Assembly (NCBI GenBank): GCA_963716255.1 | Contig: OY970303.1 | Location: 3,392,001 to 3,456,000, forward strand | Length of the DNA stretch: 64,000 nucleotides | Source of the DNA: an uncultured Gemmatimonadales bacterium | GTDB taxonomy: Bacteria > Gemmatimonadota > Gemmatimonadetes > Longimicrobiales > Longimicrobiaceae | Direction of reading: 5' to 3' | Shown here: positions 10,801 through 18,805 of the stretch, piece after piece | Position numbering within the stretch: position 1 is the stretch's first letter | Layout: each line of letters starts with the position of its first letter | Program-made: the position numbers and the translations under genes | The notes under the pieces: generated by a model | Databases searched by the model: none | Told to the model about the DNA's origin: nothing | Seen by the model: the letters and a program-made list of their open reading frames with translations, nothing else

Positions 10801-13379
10801 GCGAGGCGGCCCGGCGGGGGCGGCGCGAGGCCGCCGAGCAGGTGACCGAGGGGAACCGCCGCGTCGCCACCGCGCGCCAGGAGGCCGAGGGCACGGCCCG
10901 GCGGGAGCGGCGCCGCGGCGAGCAGGAGGGCTCCGGCTTCTTCGGGTGGCTGGCCAGCCGGGCGAAGCGCTTCTTCAACTCCATCAAGGAGGGGATCCAG
11001 CGCGCCTTCGCGGCCGCGCGGCAGGCGGTGGCCCGGGCCATCGAGAACGCGCAGCGCTGGGCCGCCGAAAAGATCGAGCAGGCGCGCCAGGCCATCGTCG
11101 ACGGGATCCGCTGGGTGGGCGACCGCATGATCGCCATCGGCGACGTGCTCCTGGCGGGCTTCCCCACGCTGCGCGACCGCTTCCGCGGCGCCATCGAGGA
11201 CGGCGTGCAGTGGGCAGAGGAGCGCGTCAACGAGCTCGCCGCGGACCTCCAGGCGGGGGTCAAGGCCTTCCTGGATGGGCTGGGCGCGGCGCTCAACGGG
11301 CTCCTCAACCTCCTGGAGGCGGGGCTCCTGGCCGCGGTGGACGCCGTGTCGGCGGCGGTGCAGGGCGCGATCCAGTTCGCGCGCAGCGTGGCCGACGGGC
11401 TCGCCCAGTTCGCGGCGCTCATCCGCGACGTGGCGGCCGGGCCCGGGCAGTGGATCAGCAACCTGGGCGCGGCGGTGGTGGACGGGATCCGCAACCACCT
11501 GTGGAAGGCGCTCAAACTGGCGGTGAAGGAGTGGTTCAACTCCAAGCTGGAAGAGGTGCTGGGGCTGGGGACCGCCCTGTGGAACCTGCTGCGGCGCGGC
11601 GGGATCGACCTGGCAGCGGTGGGGAAGATGGTGTGGGCGGGGCTCAAGCAGGCCATCCCCGCCGCGCTGGTCGCCATCCTGGTGGAAAAGCTGGTGGCGA
11701 TGATCGTCCCCGCGGCGGGGGCGGTGATGGCGATCATCGAGGGGGTGCGCGCCGCCTGGGGGACGGTGAGCCGCATCATCGCCGCCTTTTCCGCGTTCTT
11801 CGCCTTCCTGCGGGCGGTCCGCGGCGGCAACGCGGGGCCGCAGTTCGCCACGGCGGTGGCGGCGGGCGCGGTGGCGGTGATCGACTTCGTCGCCAACTGG
11901 CTGCTGATGCGGCTGCGGCGGCCGGCCGGGGCGATCGCGGGGCGCATCCGGGCCATCGCCCAGCGGATCATGCAGCGCATCGGGCGGGTGCTGCGCCGGG
12001 TGGGGCGCTCGCTGCGGCGCGCGGGGCGGCGGATCGGGCGGGCGCTGCGCAGGGCCGGGCGGGCGGTGCGGCGCGGGCTGCGGCGCGTGGGGCGGAGGGT
12101 GCGCCGGATGTTCGGGGGGCGGCGCCGGGGCCGGGGGCGGAACGCCGCGCAGCGCCGGCAGCAGCGCGACCAGCGGAGGCGCGACCGCGAGCGGAGGCGG
12201 CGCGAGGAGAAGCAGCGGCGGCTGGAGCGCGCGGTGGAGGCCATCCGCCCGCAGGCGCAGCGGCTGCTGGCGCGGGGCACCAGCCGCCTGTACCTGGGCG
12301 CCCGGCTCCTCTTCTGGCGGCTGCGCTACCGCCTGTCGTCGCTCACGATCTCGGGGAGCGGGACCATCGTGGCGCGGCTGAACCCCTCGCTCACGCTGCA
12401 GAATCCCAAGGGGAAGCGCGTGTCGGACGCCGAGCTGGGCGCGCTCCTCCTCCCCGTCTTCGCGGCCGCCGAGCAGGCGTACGTCCAGGGCCTGCTGGCC
12501 GACCCGGCGCGGGCGCAGAACTACGCGGCGGCGGATCAGGCGTACCAGGCCGGGACGCCCCGGTCGCTGGAAGGGGTGTCGCGCCTGGAGGCGAGCGCCA
12601 TCGTCCGCGGCCGCAACGCGCCGCCCAGCAGCCGGCAGCGCCTGGAGCAGGACGTGGACCTTTCCATCAACCCGCGGGGGCGGCCGGGGAAGGTGGAGAA
12701 CATCGGCGCCTACGACGAGTCCACGAACAAGGCCGGGCGCCTGCTGCCCGCCATGGTGGCCGACCTGACGCAGAAGGCGCGCGCGCAGGGGCTGGACCCG
12801 CGGCGCATCGCCGAGGTGCTGGCCACGCCGGCACACCAGATGAACGACGCGCTGGACGCGGTGCGCGACATCTCGCGCACCCCGCGCACCCAGGCGGACC
12901 GGAACGCGCGCGAGACCTTCCTGCGCCAGCTGCGGCGGACCGCCGTGCTCACGCAGGTGATCGAGCCGTCGCGGCGGCCGGGGATCGGGACCACGGTGGC
13001 GGCGTCCTCCAGCATGGCCGCGATGGGGCGCGTGCCTCTGGAGGAGGTGCACGGGCCCCGCGGGCGGATGGCGGCCATGACCCCGGTGGGGGCGGCCCCC
13101 GAGAGCGGCGTGGCGGTCACGCGCGAGCAGCGGCAGGCCGGCCGGCTCACGCTGCGGCGGGTGGGCCAGGTGTTCCGCCACCTGGTGCAGGCGGCGCGGC
13201 GGGGCGAGCTCATCGTCATCGAGGGCGGCTACGACCTGAGCCGCCTGGGGAACGCGGTGGAGGTGTGGCTGGAGCAGCGCAAGCGGCGCTATCCCAACCC
13301 CGACGACCTGATCGCCGCCGAGCAGCTGCTGCGCGCCGAAGTGATGCGGCTGCTGAACACCTACCACGGGACGGGATGA
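7794..13379 (+). CDS. Giant DUF4157 (eCIS-core) domain protein, 1861 aa; candidate cargo/polymorphic toxin, possibly tape-measure-like
   Basis: N-terminal FGHDFSRVRVH...LLAHELTHTLQQ (HExxH). Then an acidic A/E/P linker, amphipathic and hydrophobic helices, an Arg-rich tract and an unrecognised C-terminal domain. Confidence 0.85.
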   Translation: MPARERTRERAPDPARASGEAGRERAERPGERVPAGVETLLQRSQGRAMEPEVRAWMESCFGHDFSRVRVHTDRDAADATRELDAHALARGEHVYFARGLYRPSTHEGRRLLAHELTHTLQQPPDSPRPVVQRRGAGGIATGLLEAEAETAARRVAAGERVPAGSVSVAARHLRRPPSTDPARPREPGGSEAPEAAVRTLAAEVYRILAADPDDRSGQARRRLESAAPATREAVLSAVRARLTPAERARMATALTALATGEDPAKQAAAGAAPEIPAAAPEERAAPAPEPADAPPQAAAAPPVAAVAPPAPAPAPLSGGLLAALGRLFGIGRRTGPQAPDATPDAPPVAAAPTPAPAEAAARAEVEPDAAAEAAAEQAPPVAAGAAAEAGAAPDAETAAEGAEGAGAATRAEAAGGAPGAGAAEGGAAAANTGPADRVEGYLAEKDQAEAQREEEARADEAQAAAPPSVAGGGGAPGMAEAPPSPVAGAAGEEAQLEGAGQAVARAGGAADLPGGAAPPELEPEPAAAGGGPAPEPEAAEAPEAGEPEAAEEPEAAGEPDAGAAPAGGGAPEAEEAAAEEPAAPSADVAAPAAEEAGAPAGAGGAAPGPEAAGGEASAGESAAADPEIAAMLSADSGGAEYSGGGGGGGSAIPDPPSPAAPDLSGAEPEEAMAQAAALPPAQMQEALGGVTSAASRSVGSQRDELAASPPEMEAPTGAPSAAEMAAESAADERGASAAPGRVERAPAGEDVPVPDPDPLPPQPESPTARVATPEVGRGQDGELSEQDVREMQSSIRTLPTSDPALHAQVGAPPRLVLEGNADPARAQEQRAELNSSVAAAHAQGLEDVARPAGENTIFPDVPTGTLTAAVPSGGGGAAPSGGGAAAAGGGGGGGAAETDAAVAIIAQEERGDQVRAAAQGAQGEMSAARADHQSQTEEAHAQAQADIDAAVQENAGEQRGVRGEARTRVRDQRRQWGEAQQEAVDDAHSQADTAGTEGARTIGEAARRGRREAAEQVTEGNRRVATARQEAEGTARRERRRGEQEGSGFFGWLASRAKRFFNSIKEGIQRAFAAARQAVARAIENAQRWAAEKIEQARQAIVDGIRWVGDRMIAIGDVLLAGFPTLRDRFRGAIEDGVQWAEERVNELAADLQAGVKAFLDGLGAALNGLLNLLEAGLLAAVDAVSAAVQGAIQFARSVADGLAQFAALIRDVAAGPGQWISNLGAAVVDGIRNHLWKALKLAVKEWFNSKLEEVLGLGTALWNLLRRGGIDLAAVGKMVWAGLKQAIPAALVAILVEKLVAMIVPAAGAVMAIIEGVRAAWGTVSRIIAAFSAFFAFLRAVRGGNAGPQFATAVAAGAVAVIDFVANWLLMRLRRPAGAIAGRIRAIAQRIMQRIGRVLRRVGRSLRRAGRRIGRALRRAGRAVRRGLRRVGRRVRRMFGGRRRGRGRNAAQRRQQRDQRRRDRERRRREEKQRRLERAVEAIRPQAQRLLARGTSRLYLGARLLFWRLRYRLSSLTISGSGTIVARLNPSLTLQNPKGKRVSDAELGALLLPVFAAAEQAYVQGLLADPARAQNYAAADQAYQAGTPRSLEGVSRLEASAIVRGRNAPPSSRQRLEQDVDLSINPRGRPGKVENIGAYDESTNKAGRLLPAMVADLTQKARAQGLDPRRIAEVLATPAHQMNDALDAVRDISRTPRTQADRNARETFLRQLRRTAVLTQVIEPSRRPGIGTTVAASSSMAAMGRVPLEEVHGPRGRMAAMTPVGAAPESGVAVTREQRQAGRLTLRRVGQVFRHLVQAARRGELIVIEGGYDLSRLGNAVEVWLEQRKRRYPNPDDLIAAEQLLRAEVMRLLNTYHGTG

Positions 13380-13987
13380 TGAGCCGGAGCTACCTGGTGC
13401 TGCGCAGCCACCCCGACGACACGGCCGTGTTCGACGGCATCTACGACGCCTTCGACCGGCTGAGCGTGGACCACGGGCTCGCGTTCGAGCTCGATTCCAC
13501 GGAGGAGGTCGCCGACGACCTTGTGCGGCACCTGTACCGCGAAAGCTCGGAGCGGGCGTCGATCAGCCTGGTGAACGACTGGCGCGCGGGGGCGCAGTAC
13601 CTCATGGCCGAGTCGTCAACCCCCGGCACCGCCGAGCAGGTGGCCGGCACGCTGCGGCAGGTGCTGGGCGGATGGACCCCCGAGGAATTGCAGGCCCAGG
13701 CCGAGGAGCGGCTGGAGGACGAGCCCGAGTCGATGCTCCGCCTGGCGCTGGGCTCCGGCGAGCACGCCGACCCCCGCGCGGTGGAGATCCTGGCGCGCGG
13801 CGCCCGGAGCGACGACCCGTACGTCCGCTTCCGCGCGGCCGAGGCCGCGGCGATCGCCGGCTGGCCCGAGCTGGCCGGGGTGTTCCGCCCCCTGCGCGAC
13901 GGCGACGAGAGCCCCGAGGTGCGCGGCATTGCGGGGGATGCCGTGAGCGCCGCCGAGCGCACCGGCCCCTTCGGGCCCCGCGGCTGA
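13376..13987 (+). CDS. HEAT-repeat-containing protein; candidate immunity protein
   Basis: ATGA-coupled to the giant DUF4157 gene. HEAT-like motifs DDPYVRFRAAEAAA and DESPEVRGIAGDAV. About 203 aa, acidic. Confidence 0.72.
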   Translation: MMSRSYLVLRSHPDDTAVFDGIYDAFDRLSVDHGLAFELDSTEEVADDLVRHLYRESSERASISLVNDWRAGAQYLMAESSTPGTAEQVAGTLRQVLGGWTPEELQAQAEERLEDEPESMLRLALGSGEHADPRAVEILARGARSDDPYVRFRAAEAAAIAGWPELAGVFRPLRDGDESPEVRGIAGDAVSAAERTGPFGPRG

Positions 13988-14006
13988 GCGGCCCCGAGGT
14001 GACGCG

Positions 14007-15404
14007 ATGAGCGACCCGCGCAGGAAGACCGGCGCCCGGCTGGACCCGGAGGACGAGGCGCGCATGCGTCGGGTCGCCAGGCCGCCCGCGTCCGTCCGCG
14101 CCGTGCGCGCGGACGCCGGGCAGCCGCTGGAGCCCGCCGTCCGCGCGCAGATGGAAGCGGCGCTGGGGCACGACTTTTCGCGGGTGCGCGTGCACGACGG
14201 GGGCGAGGCGGCGGACTCGGCGCGGTCCGTGGGGGCGGCGGCGTACACCCGGGGGAGCCGCGTGGTCTTCGGCGCGGGGCGGTTCCAGCCCGGCACCGCC
14301 TCCGGCCGGCGCCTGATCGCGCACGAGCTGGCGCACGTGGTCCAGCAGGCCGGGAGCGGGGGATCGGCGGCCGGCGGGTCCGGGACGGGCCCCGCCGCCG
14401 CCCGGGGGCTGGAGCGCGAGGCCCGGGACGCCGCCGCGCACGCGGCGTCCAGCCCCGCAGGGGCGGCGCCGGGCCGCGTCCCGGCGCTCAGCGCGGGCGC
14501 CGTGCGCGAGCCCGCCCTGCAGCGCGAGCCCGCGGGCCCCATGCCGGACACCACGCTGCGCTACTCCCCGGGCATGGCGCACGGGATGGGCTCCACCGTG
14601 CTGGACGGCTTCGCCACGGGGAGCCCGCGGCTCACCCCCGCGCACCGGGGGCGGCTCGCGGAGCTGGCCCGCACCCTGGTGGAGCTGGTCCGCCAGTACC
14701 CGCAGGCGGTCGTGACCATCACCGGCCACGCGGACGCCCCCGGCGACGACGTGCCCAACGAGGCGCTGGGCACGCAGCGCGCCGAAGCGGTCCGCGACGC
14801 CCTGACGGCCGCGGGGGTTCCCGCCGCCAGCCTGGCGGTGCGCAGCGAAGGCGAGGCGAGCCCGGCCGTGCCCGGCGGGGGCGACGAGCCCGGCAACCGG
14901 CGCGTGGAGATCGACTTCCGCCCGGAGTCGGGGGTGCGCCTGGCGCCCGAGCTGTCGCTGTCCCCCCCCGCGCCCGTGGGCGGGGCGGACGCGCCGACGC
15001 GGCCGCCGGTGGACATCGACCGCATCCTCCATCCGCGCCTGGAGGACCTGGTGCCCCCCGGGCCGCTGGGCCCGCGGCGCGAGACGGGCGAGGAGGCGGG
15101 GCGCCGCATCTTCCGTCCCGTGCCGGAGGCGCCGCCCCGGCCCACGGTGGGCGAGATGGTGTGGGGCGTCCTCGACCGGGAGATCCTGAACCCGCTGGAC
15201 AGGGCCCTGGCGCCCGTGCTGTCGTGGATCCCGGAGGCGATCCGCCCCTCCATACGCGACGCGGCCCGCTCCCTGGCCGAGCGCGGAGAGACGGCGGCGC
15301 TGGAAGCGGCGCTGGACGCCGCCAACATCCACGGCGAAGAGCGAGAAGCCATCATGACCGGGGTCCGCGCCGCCATCCGGCAGGCCGGCCAGGCGCGTCC
15401 CTGA
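14007..15404 (+). CDS. DUF4157 + OmpA-C-like peptidoglycan-binding domain protein
   Basis: LGHDFSRVRVH...LIAHELAHVVQQ. OmpA motifs ITGHAD, NEALGTQRAEAVRDAL and NRRVEI. Confidence 0.88.
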   Translation: MSDPRRKTGARLDPEDEARMRRVARPPASVRAVRADAGQPLEPAVRAQMEAALGHDFSRVRVHDGGEAADSARSVGAAAYTRGSRVVFGAGRFQPGTASGRRLIAHELAHVVQQAGSGGSAAGGSGTGPAAARGLEREARDAAAHAASSPAGAAPGRVPALSAGAVREPALQREPAGPMPDTTLRYSPGMAHGMGSTVLDGFATGSPRLTPAHRGRLAELARTLVELVRQYPQAVVTITGHADAPGDDVPNEALGTQRAEAVRDALTAAGVPAASLAVRSEGEASPAVPGGGDEPGNRRVEIDFRPESGVRLAPELSLSPPAPVGGADAPTRPPVDIDRILHPRLEDLVPPGPLGPRRETGEEAGRRIFRPVPEAPPRPTVGEMVWGVLDREILNPLDRALAPVLSWIPEAIRPSIRDAARSLAERGETAALEAALDAANIHGEEREAIMTGVRAAIRQAGQARP

Positions 15405-15440
15405 CGCCATCACCCACGAACCGGCGCGAGAAACAGACCC

Positions 15441-16094
15441 ATGGCGCTTTCCAGCACTCCCAGGCTCGCCCGCGGGGCCATCGTGGGGATCGACCCGTTC
15501 AACCCGCTCGCCAGCGTGGTGCTCTTCCAGTACAACCCCGACTCGCTCCAGCGCACCCTGGAGGCGCAGACCGGCGGCGGCGAGGGCGACCGCTCCGAGG
15601 CGCTCCGGCTCAAGGGCGCGCCGGTGGAAACCATCAAGCTGGACGTGGAGCTGGACGCCACCGACGCGCTGGAGCGCGGCGACCCGCTGGCCGGCTCCGT
15701 GGGCATCTACCCGCAGCTTTCCGCGCTGGAGATGCTGCTGTACCCCAAGAGCGCGCTGGTCATCGCCAACACCGTGCTGCTGGCGGCCGGGACCATCGAG
15801 ATCCTGCCGCCCGAGGCGCCGCTCACCCTGTTCATCTGGGGTCCGCAGCGCATCGTCCCCGTGCGCATCACCGAGTTCGCCATCACCGAGGAGGCGCACG
15901 ACGCCGCCCTCAACCCCATCCGCGCCAAGGTGTCGCTGGGGATGCGCGTGCTCAGCTACAACGACCTGCCGCTCACCCACCCGGGGTACGGGATCTTCCT
16001 GGCGCACCAGGTCGTCAAGGAAACCATGGCCACCATCGGGAGCGCCGCGAACCTCGCGGCCGCGGCCACCGGCGGCGTGGGCCTCCCCATCTGA
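15441..16094 (+). CDS. CIS tube-initiator-like protein (Afp7 N-terminal-like)
   Basis: FQYNPDSL.R, LFIWG, ITEEAHD..LNPIRAKVSL. Precedes the LysM and hub genes. Confidence 0.78.
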   Translation: MALSSTPRLARGAIVGIDPFNPLASVVLFQYNPDSLQRTLEAQTGGGEGDRSEALRLKGAPVETIKLDVELDATDALERGDPLAGSVGIYPQLSALEMLLYPKSALVIANTVLLAAGTIEILPPEAPLTLFIWGPQRIVPVRITEFAITEEAHDAALNPIRAKVSLGMRVLSYNDLPLTHPGYGIFLAHQVVKETMATIGSAANLAAAATGGVGLPI

Positions 16095-16111
16095 ACCCGG
16101 GACGCAGACAC

Positions 16112-16402
16112 ATGTTCGATCCCAACAGCCGCTACGCCGGCCTCCCCCTGGCCCGCCACACCCTCCCCGACGGGAGCGAGGTGTCGTACGTGGCCCGCCG
16201 CTTCATCCCGCCGGGCAACTCGCTCCCCCTGCTCGCCCAGGTGAGCGTGGTGGAGGGCGACCGCCTGGACATGATCGCCGCGCGCACCCTGGGCGACCCC
16301 GAGCAGTTCTGGCGCATCGCCGACGCCAACCAGGCCATGGACCCGTTCGAGCTGACGTCCGTTCCCGGGCGCCTGCTCCGCGTCCCGCTCCCGCAGCCCT
16401 GA
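16112..16402 (+). CDS. LysM-like baseplate protein
   Basis: V.EGDRLDMIAARTLGDPEQFWRIADAN...PGRLLRVP. Confidence 0.85.
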   Translation: MFDPNSRYAGLPLARHTLPDGSEVSYVARRFIPPGNSLPLLAQVSVVEGDRLDMIAARTLGDPEQFWRIADANQAMDPFELTSVPGRLLRVPLPQP

Positions 16403-16409
16403 GGCACCC

Positions 16410-17546
16410 GTGGACCTTGGCGTCCATCTCACCCTGCTGGTCGGCCCCACGGTCGCCATCCCCGCGCCCCCCATGCTGGCGGAGGCGCTGGAGAGCGTGG
16501 AGGTCAAGCACGCCGACGAGGGCCGCTCCGGCTTCTCGCTGGTGTTCCGCGCCGGCCGCGGCGGGATGCTGGGGGCGCTGGACTCGCCCGTGGTGGCGAA
16601 CCCGCTCCTCAAGGCCTTCAACCGGGTGATCCTGCTGGTGACGGTGGGCCCGGTGCCGCGGGTGCTGATGGACGGGATCATCACCCACCGGCAGTACTCG
16701 CCCGGGCAGGGGCCGGGGCAGGCCACCTTCACGGTCATGGGCGAGGACGTGAGCGTGATGATGGACCAGGAGGAGAAGAGCGCCGAGCACCCCGCGCAGC
16801 CCGACCTGGTGATCGCCAACAAGCTGATCGCCATGTACGCGCAGTACGGGCTGATCCCGGTGGTGATCCCCCCCCTCGCCTTCGACGTGCCCATCCCCAT
16901 CGAGCGGGTGCCGGTGCAGCAGGGGACCGACCTGGCGTACCTGCGGGAGATGGCGGCGCGGCACGGCTACGTGTTCTACGTCAAGCCCGGCCCCGCGCCC
17001 TTCACCAACACCGCGTACTGGGGGCCGCCCATCCGGGTGGGGGTGCCGCAGCGGGCGCTCACCGTGAACATGGGCGCCCAGACCAACGCCACGCTCACCC
17101 TGGCCCAGGAGGAGGCGCTGGCCCCCGAGCTGGTGCAGGGGAGCGTGCAGGACACGCGCAGCAACGCCTCCATCCCGGTGCAGACGTTCGCCAGCGCCCG
17201 CCCGCCGCTGGCCGCCCTCCCCTCGTGGCTCATCAACATGAGCAGCGTACGCCGCACCCAGTTCCGCGAGAGCGGGATGAACGCGGTGCAGGCGATGGGG
17301 CAGGCGCAGGGGCGCACCGAGCGCTCCAGCGACTCGGTGACGGTGGAGGGCGAGCTGGACGCGTCCCGCTACGGCGGGATCCTGGAGCCGCGCGGCCTGG
17401 TGGGGGTGCGCGGCGCCGGGTACCTGCACGACGGGCTGTACTACGTCAAGCAGGTGACGCACTCGCTCCGCCGCGGCGCCTACAAGCAGAAATTCACGCT
17501 CACCCGCGAAGGCTACGGCTCCACGGTCCCGGTGGTGATTCCATGA
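16410..17546 (+). CDS. Baseplate hub protein (gp27/late control D, Afp8 N-terminal-like)
   Basis: QQGTDLAYLREMAARHGYVFYV and VGVRGAG...DGLYYVKQVTH. Lies before the spike gene. Confidence 0.82.
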   Translation: MDLGVHLTLLVGPTVAIPAPPMLAEALESVEVKHADEGRSGFSLVFRAGRGGMLGALDSPVVANPLLKAFNRVILLVTVGPVPRVLMDGIITHRQYSPGQGPGQATFTVMGEDVSVMMDQEEKSAEHPAQPDLVIANKLIAMYAQYGLIPVVIPPLAFDVPIPIERVPVQQGTDLAYLREMAARHGYVFYVKPGPAPFTNTAYWGPPIRVGVPQRALTVNMGAQTNATLTLAQEEALAPELVQGSVQDTRSNASIPVQTFASARPPLAALPSWLINMSSVRRTQFRESGMNAVQAMGQAQGRTERSSDSVTVEGELDASRYGGILEPRGLVGVRGAGYLHDGLYYVKQVTHSLRRGAYKQKFTLTREGYGSTVPVVIP

Positions 17547-18040
17547 CCCAGTTCTTCGGCAAGTACCGCGGCAAGGTGGAAAACAACCTGGACCCGCTGA
17601 TGCTGGGCCGCGTGCAGGTGAGCGTCCCCGCCGTGCTGGGGAGCGGCACGCTCAGCTGGGCGCTCCCCTGCGTCCCCTACGCCGGCTCCGGGGTGGGGTT
17701 CTTCGCGGTGCCCCCGGTGGGGGCCAACGTGTGGGTGGAGTTCGAGGCCGGCAACCCCGACTCCCCCATCCTGGCGGGGTGCTTCTGGGGATTGGGCGAG
17801 GTCCCGGCCTCGCCGGCCGTTCCCCAGATCAAGATCTGGAAGACGGACGCCATCACCCTGCAGCTCAGCGACCTGCCGGGCGCCGGCGGCTTCACGCTGG
17901 AGGTGAAGCCCCCCGCCGTGCCCATGCCGCTCAAGATCGTGTGCGACGCCTCCGGGATCGAGCTGAGCAACGCCGCCGCAAAGGTCAAGCTGACCCCCGC
18001 GAGCGTGTCCGTGAACGACGGCGCCCTGGAGGTGATCTGA
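17543..18040 (+). CDS. Spike protein, gp5/VgrG OB-fold (baseplate assembly protein V)
   Basis: FFGKYRGKV.NN.DP...GRVQVSVP and GFFAVPPVGANVWVEFEAGNPDSPI. ATGA-coupled. Confidence 0.9.
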   Translation: MTQFFGKYRGKVENNLDPLMLGRVQVSVPAVLGSGTLSWALPCVPYAGSGVGFFAVPPVGANVWVEFEAGNPDSPILAGCFWGLGEVPASPAVPQIKIWKTDAITLQLSDLPGAGGFTLEVKPPAVPMPLKIVCDASGIELSNAAAKVKLTPASVSVNDGALEVI

Positions 18041-18384
18041 TGCCCGGCTTCCTGCTGCACGTGGGCGCGTCCATCATGTGCTCGCACGGCGGCACGGTCA
18101 GCGTGGCCCCCGGCCAGCCCCGCGTGATGCTGGGCGGCCAGCCCGCCGCCACCATGGCCGACCAGTACCCGGTGGCCGCCTGCCCCTTCCAGGTGCCGGT
18201 GGGCGCGGGCACCAAGCCGCAGCCGTGCGTCAAGGTGCAGTGGACGGTCCCCGCCACGCGGGTGTTCGTCAACAAGCAGCCCGTGATCCTGCAGACCAGC
18301 ACCGGCATCGGGCAGAGCGCCGAGCAGATCCCCGGGGGACCGCCCACCGTGGCGGCCACCCAGGTGCGGGTCAAGGGCACGTGA
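18040..18384 (+). CDS. PAAR-like spike-tip protein
   Basis: GASIMCSHGG, ACPF and QPCVKVQW Cys/His ligands. TGATG overlap with the spike gene. Confidence 0.8.
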   Translation: MPGFLLHVGASIMCSHGGTVSVAPGQPRVMLGGQPAATMADQYPVAACPFQVPVGAGTKPQPCVKVQWTVPATRVFVNKQPVILQTSTGIGQSAEQIPGGPPTVAATQVRVKGT

Positions 18385-18436
18385 CGGCGGCGCGCCCGGG
18401 CCCCGCGGCCCGCCTCCTTTCTCCGGACCCGGCGAG

Positions 18437-18805
18437 ATGAGCGAACTGGACTATCCCTTCCGCTTCGACGCGCGCGGCCGGACCGCCGCGACCGACCGCG
18501 ACGACCACGTGCGCGACCTGATCGAGCAGGTGCTCTTCACCTCGCCCGGGGAGCGCGTCAACCGCCCCACCTTCGGGAGCGGGCTGCTCAAGCTGGTCTT
18601 CGAGCCGGCGGGCGACGAGATGGCCACCGCCACCCAGTTCCTGGTGCAGGGCGCCCTGCAGCAGTGGCTGGGCGACCTGGTGGAGGTGCAGCGGGTGAAG
18701 GTGGCCTCGCGCGAGGGGACGCTGGACGTGGCCGTGGACTACGTGGTGCGCCGCACCGGGGAGCGCCAGGTGGCGCGCTTCAGCCGGCCGGAGGTGGCGC
18801 CGTGA
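18437..18805 (+). CDS. GPW/gp25 baseplate protein (Afp9-like)
   Basis: LFTSPGERVNRPTFGSGL motif. Confidence 0.92.
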   Translation: MSELDYPFRFDARGRTAATDRDDHVRDLIEQVLFTSPGERVNRPTFGSGLLKLVFEPAGDEMATATQFLVQGALQQWLGDLVEVQRVKVASREGTLDVAVDYVVRRTGERQVARFSRPEVAP

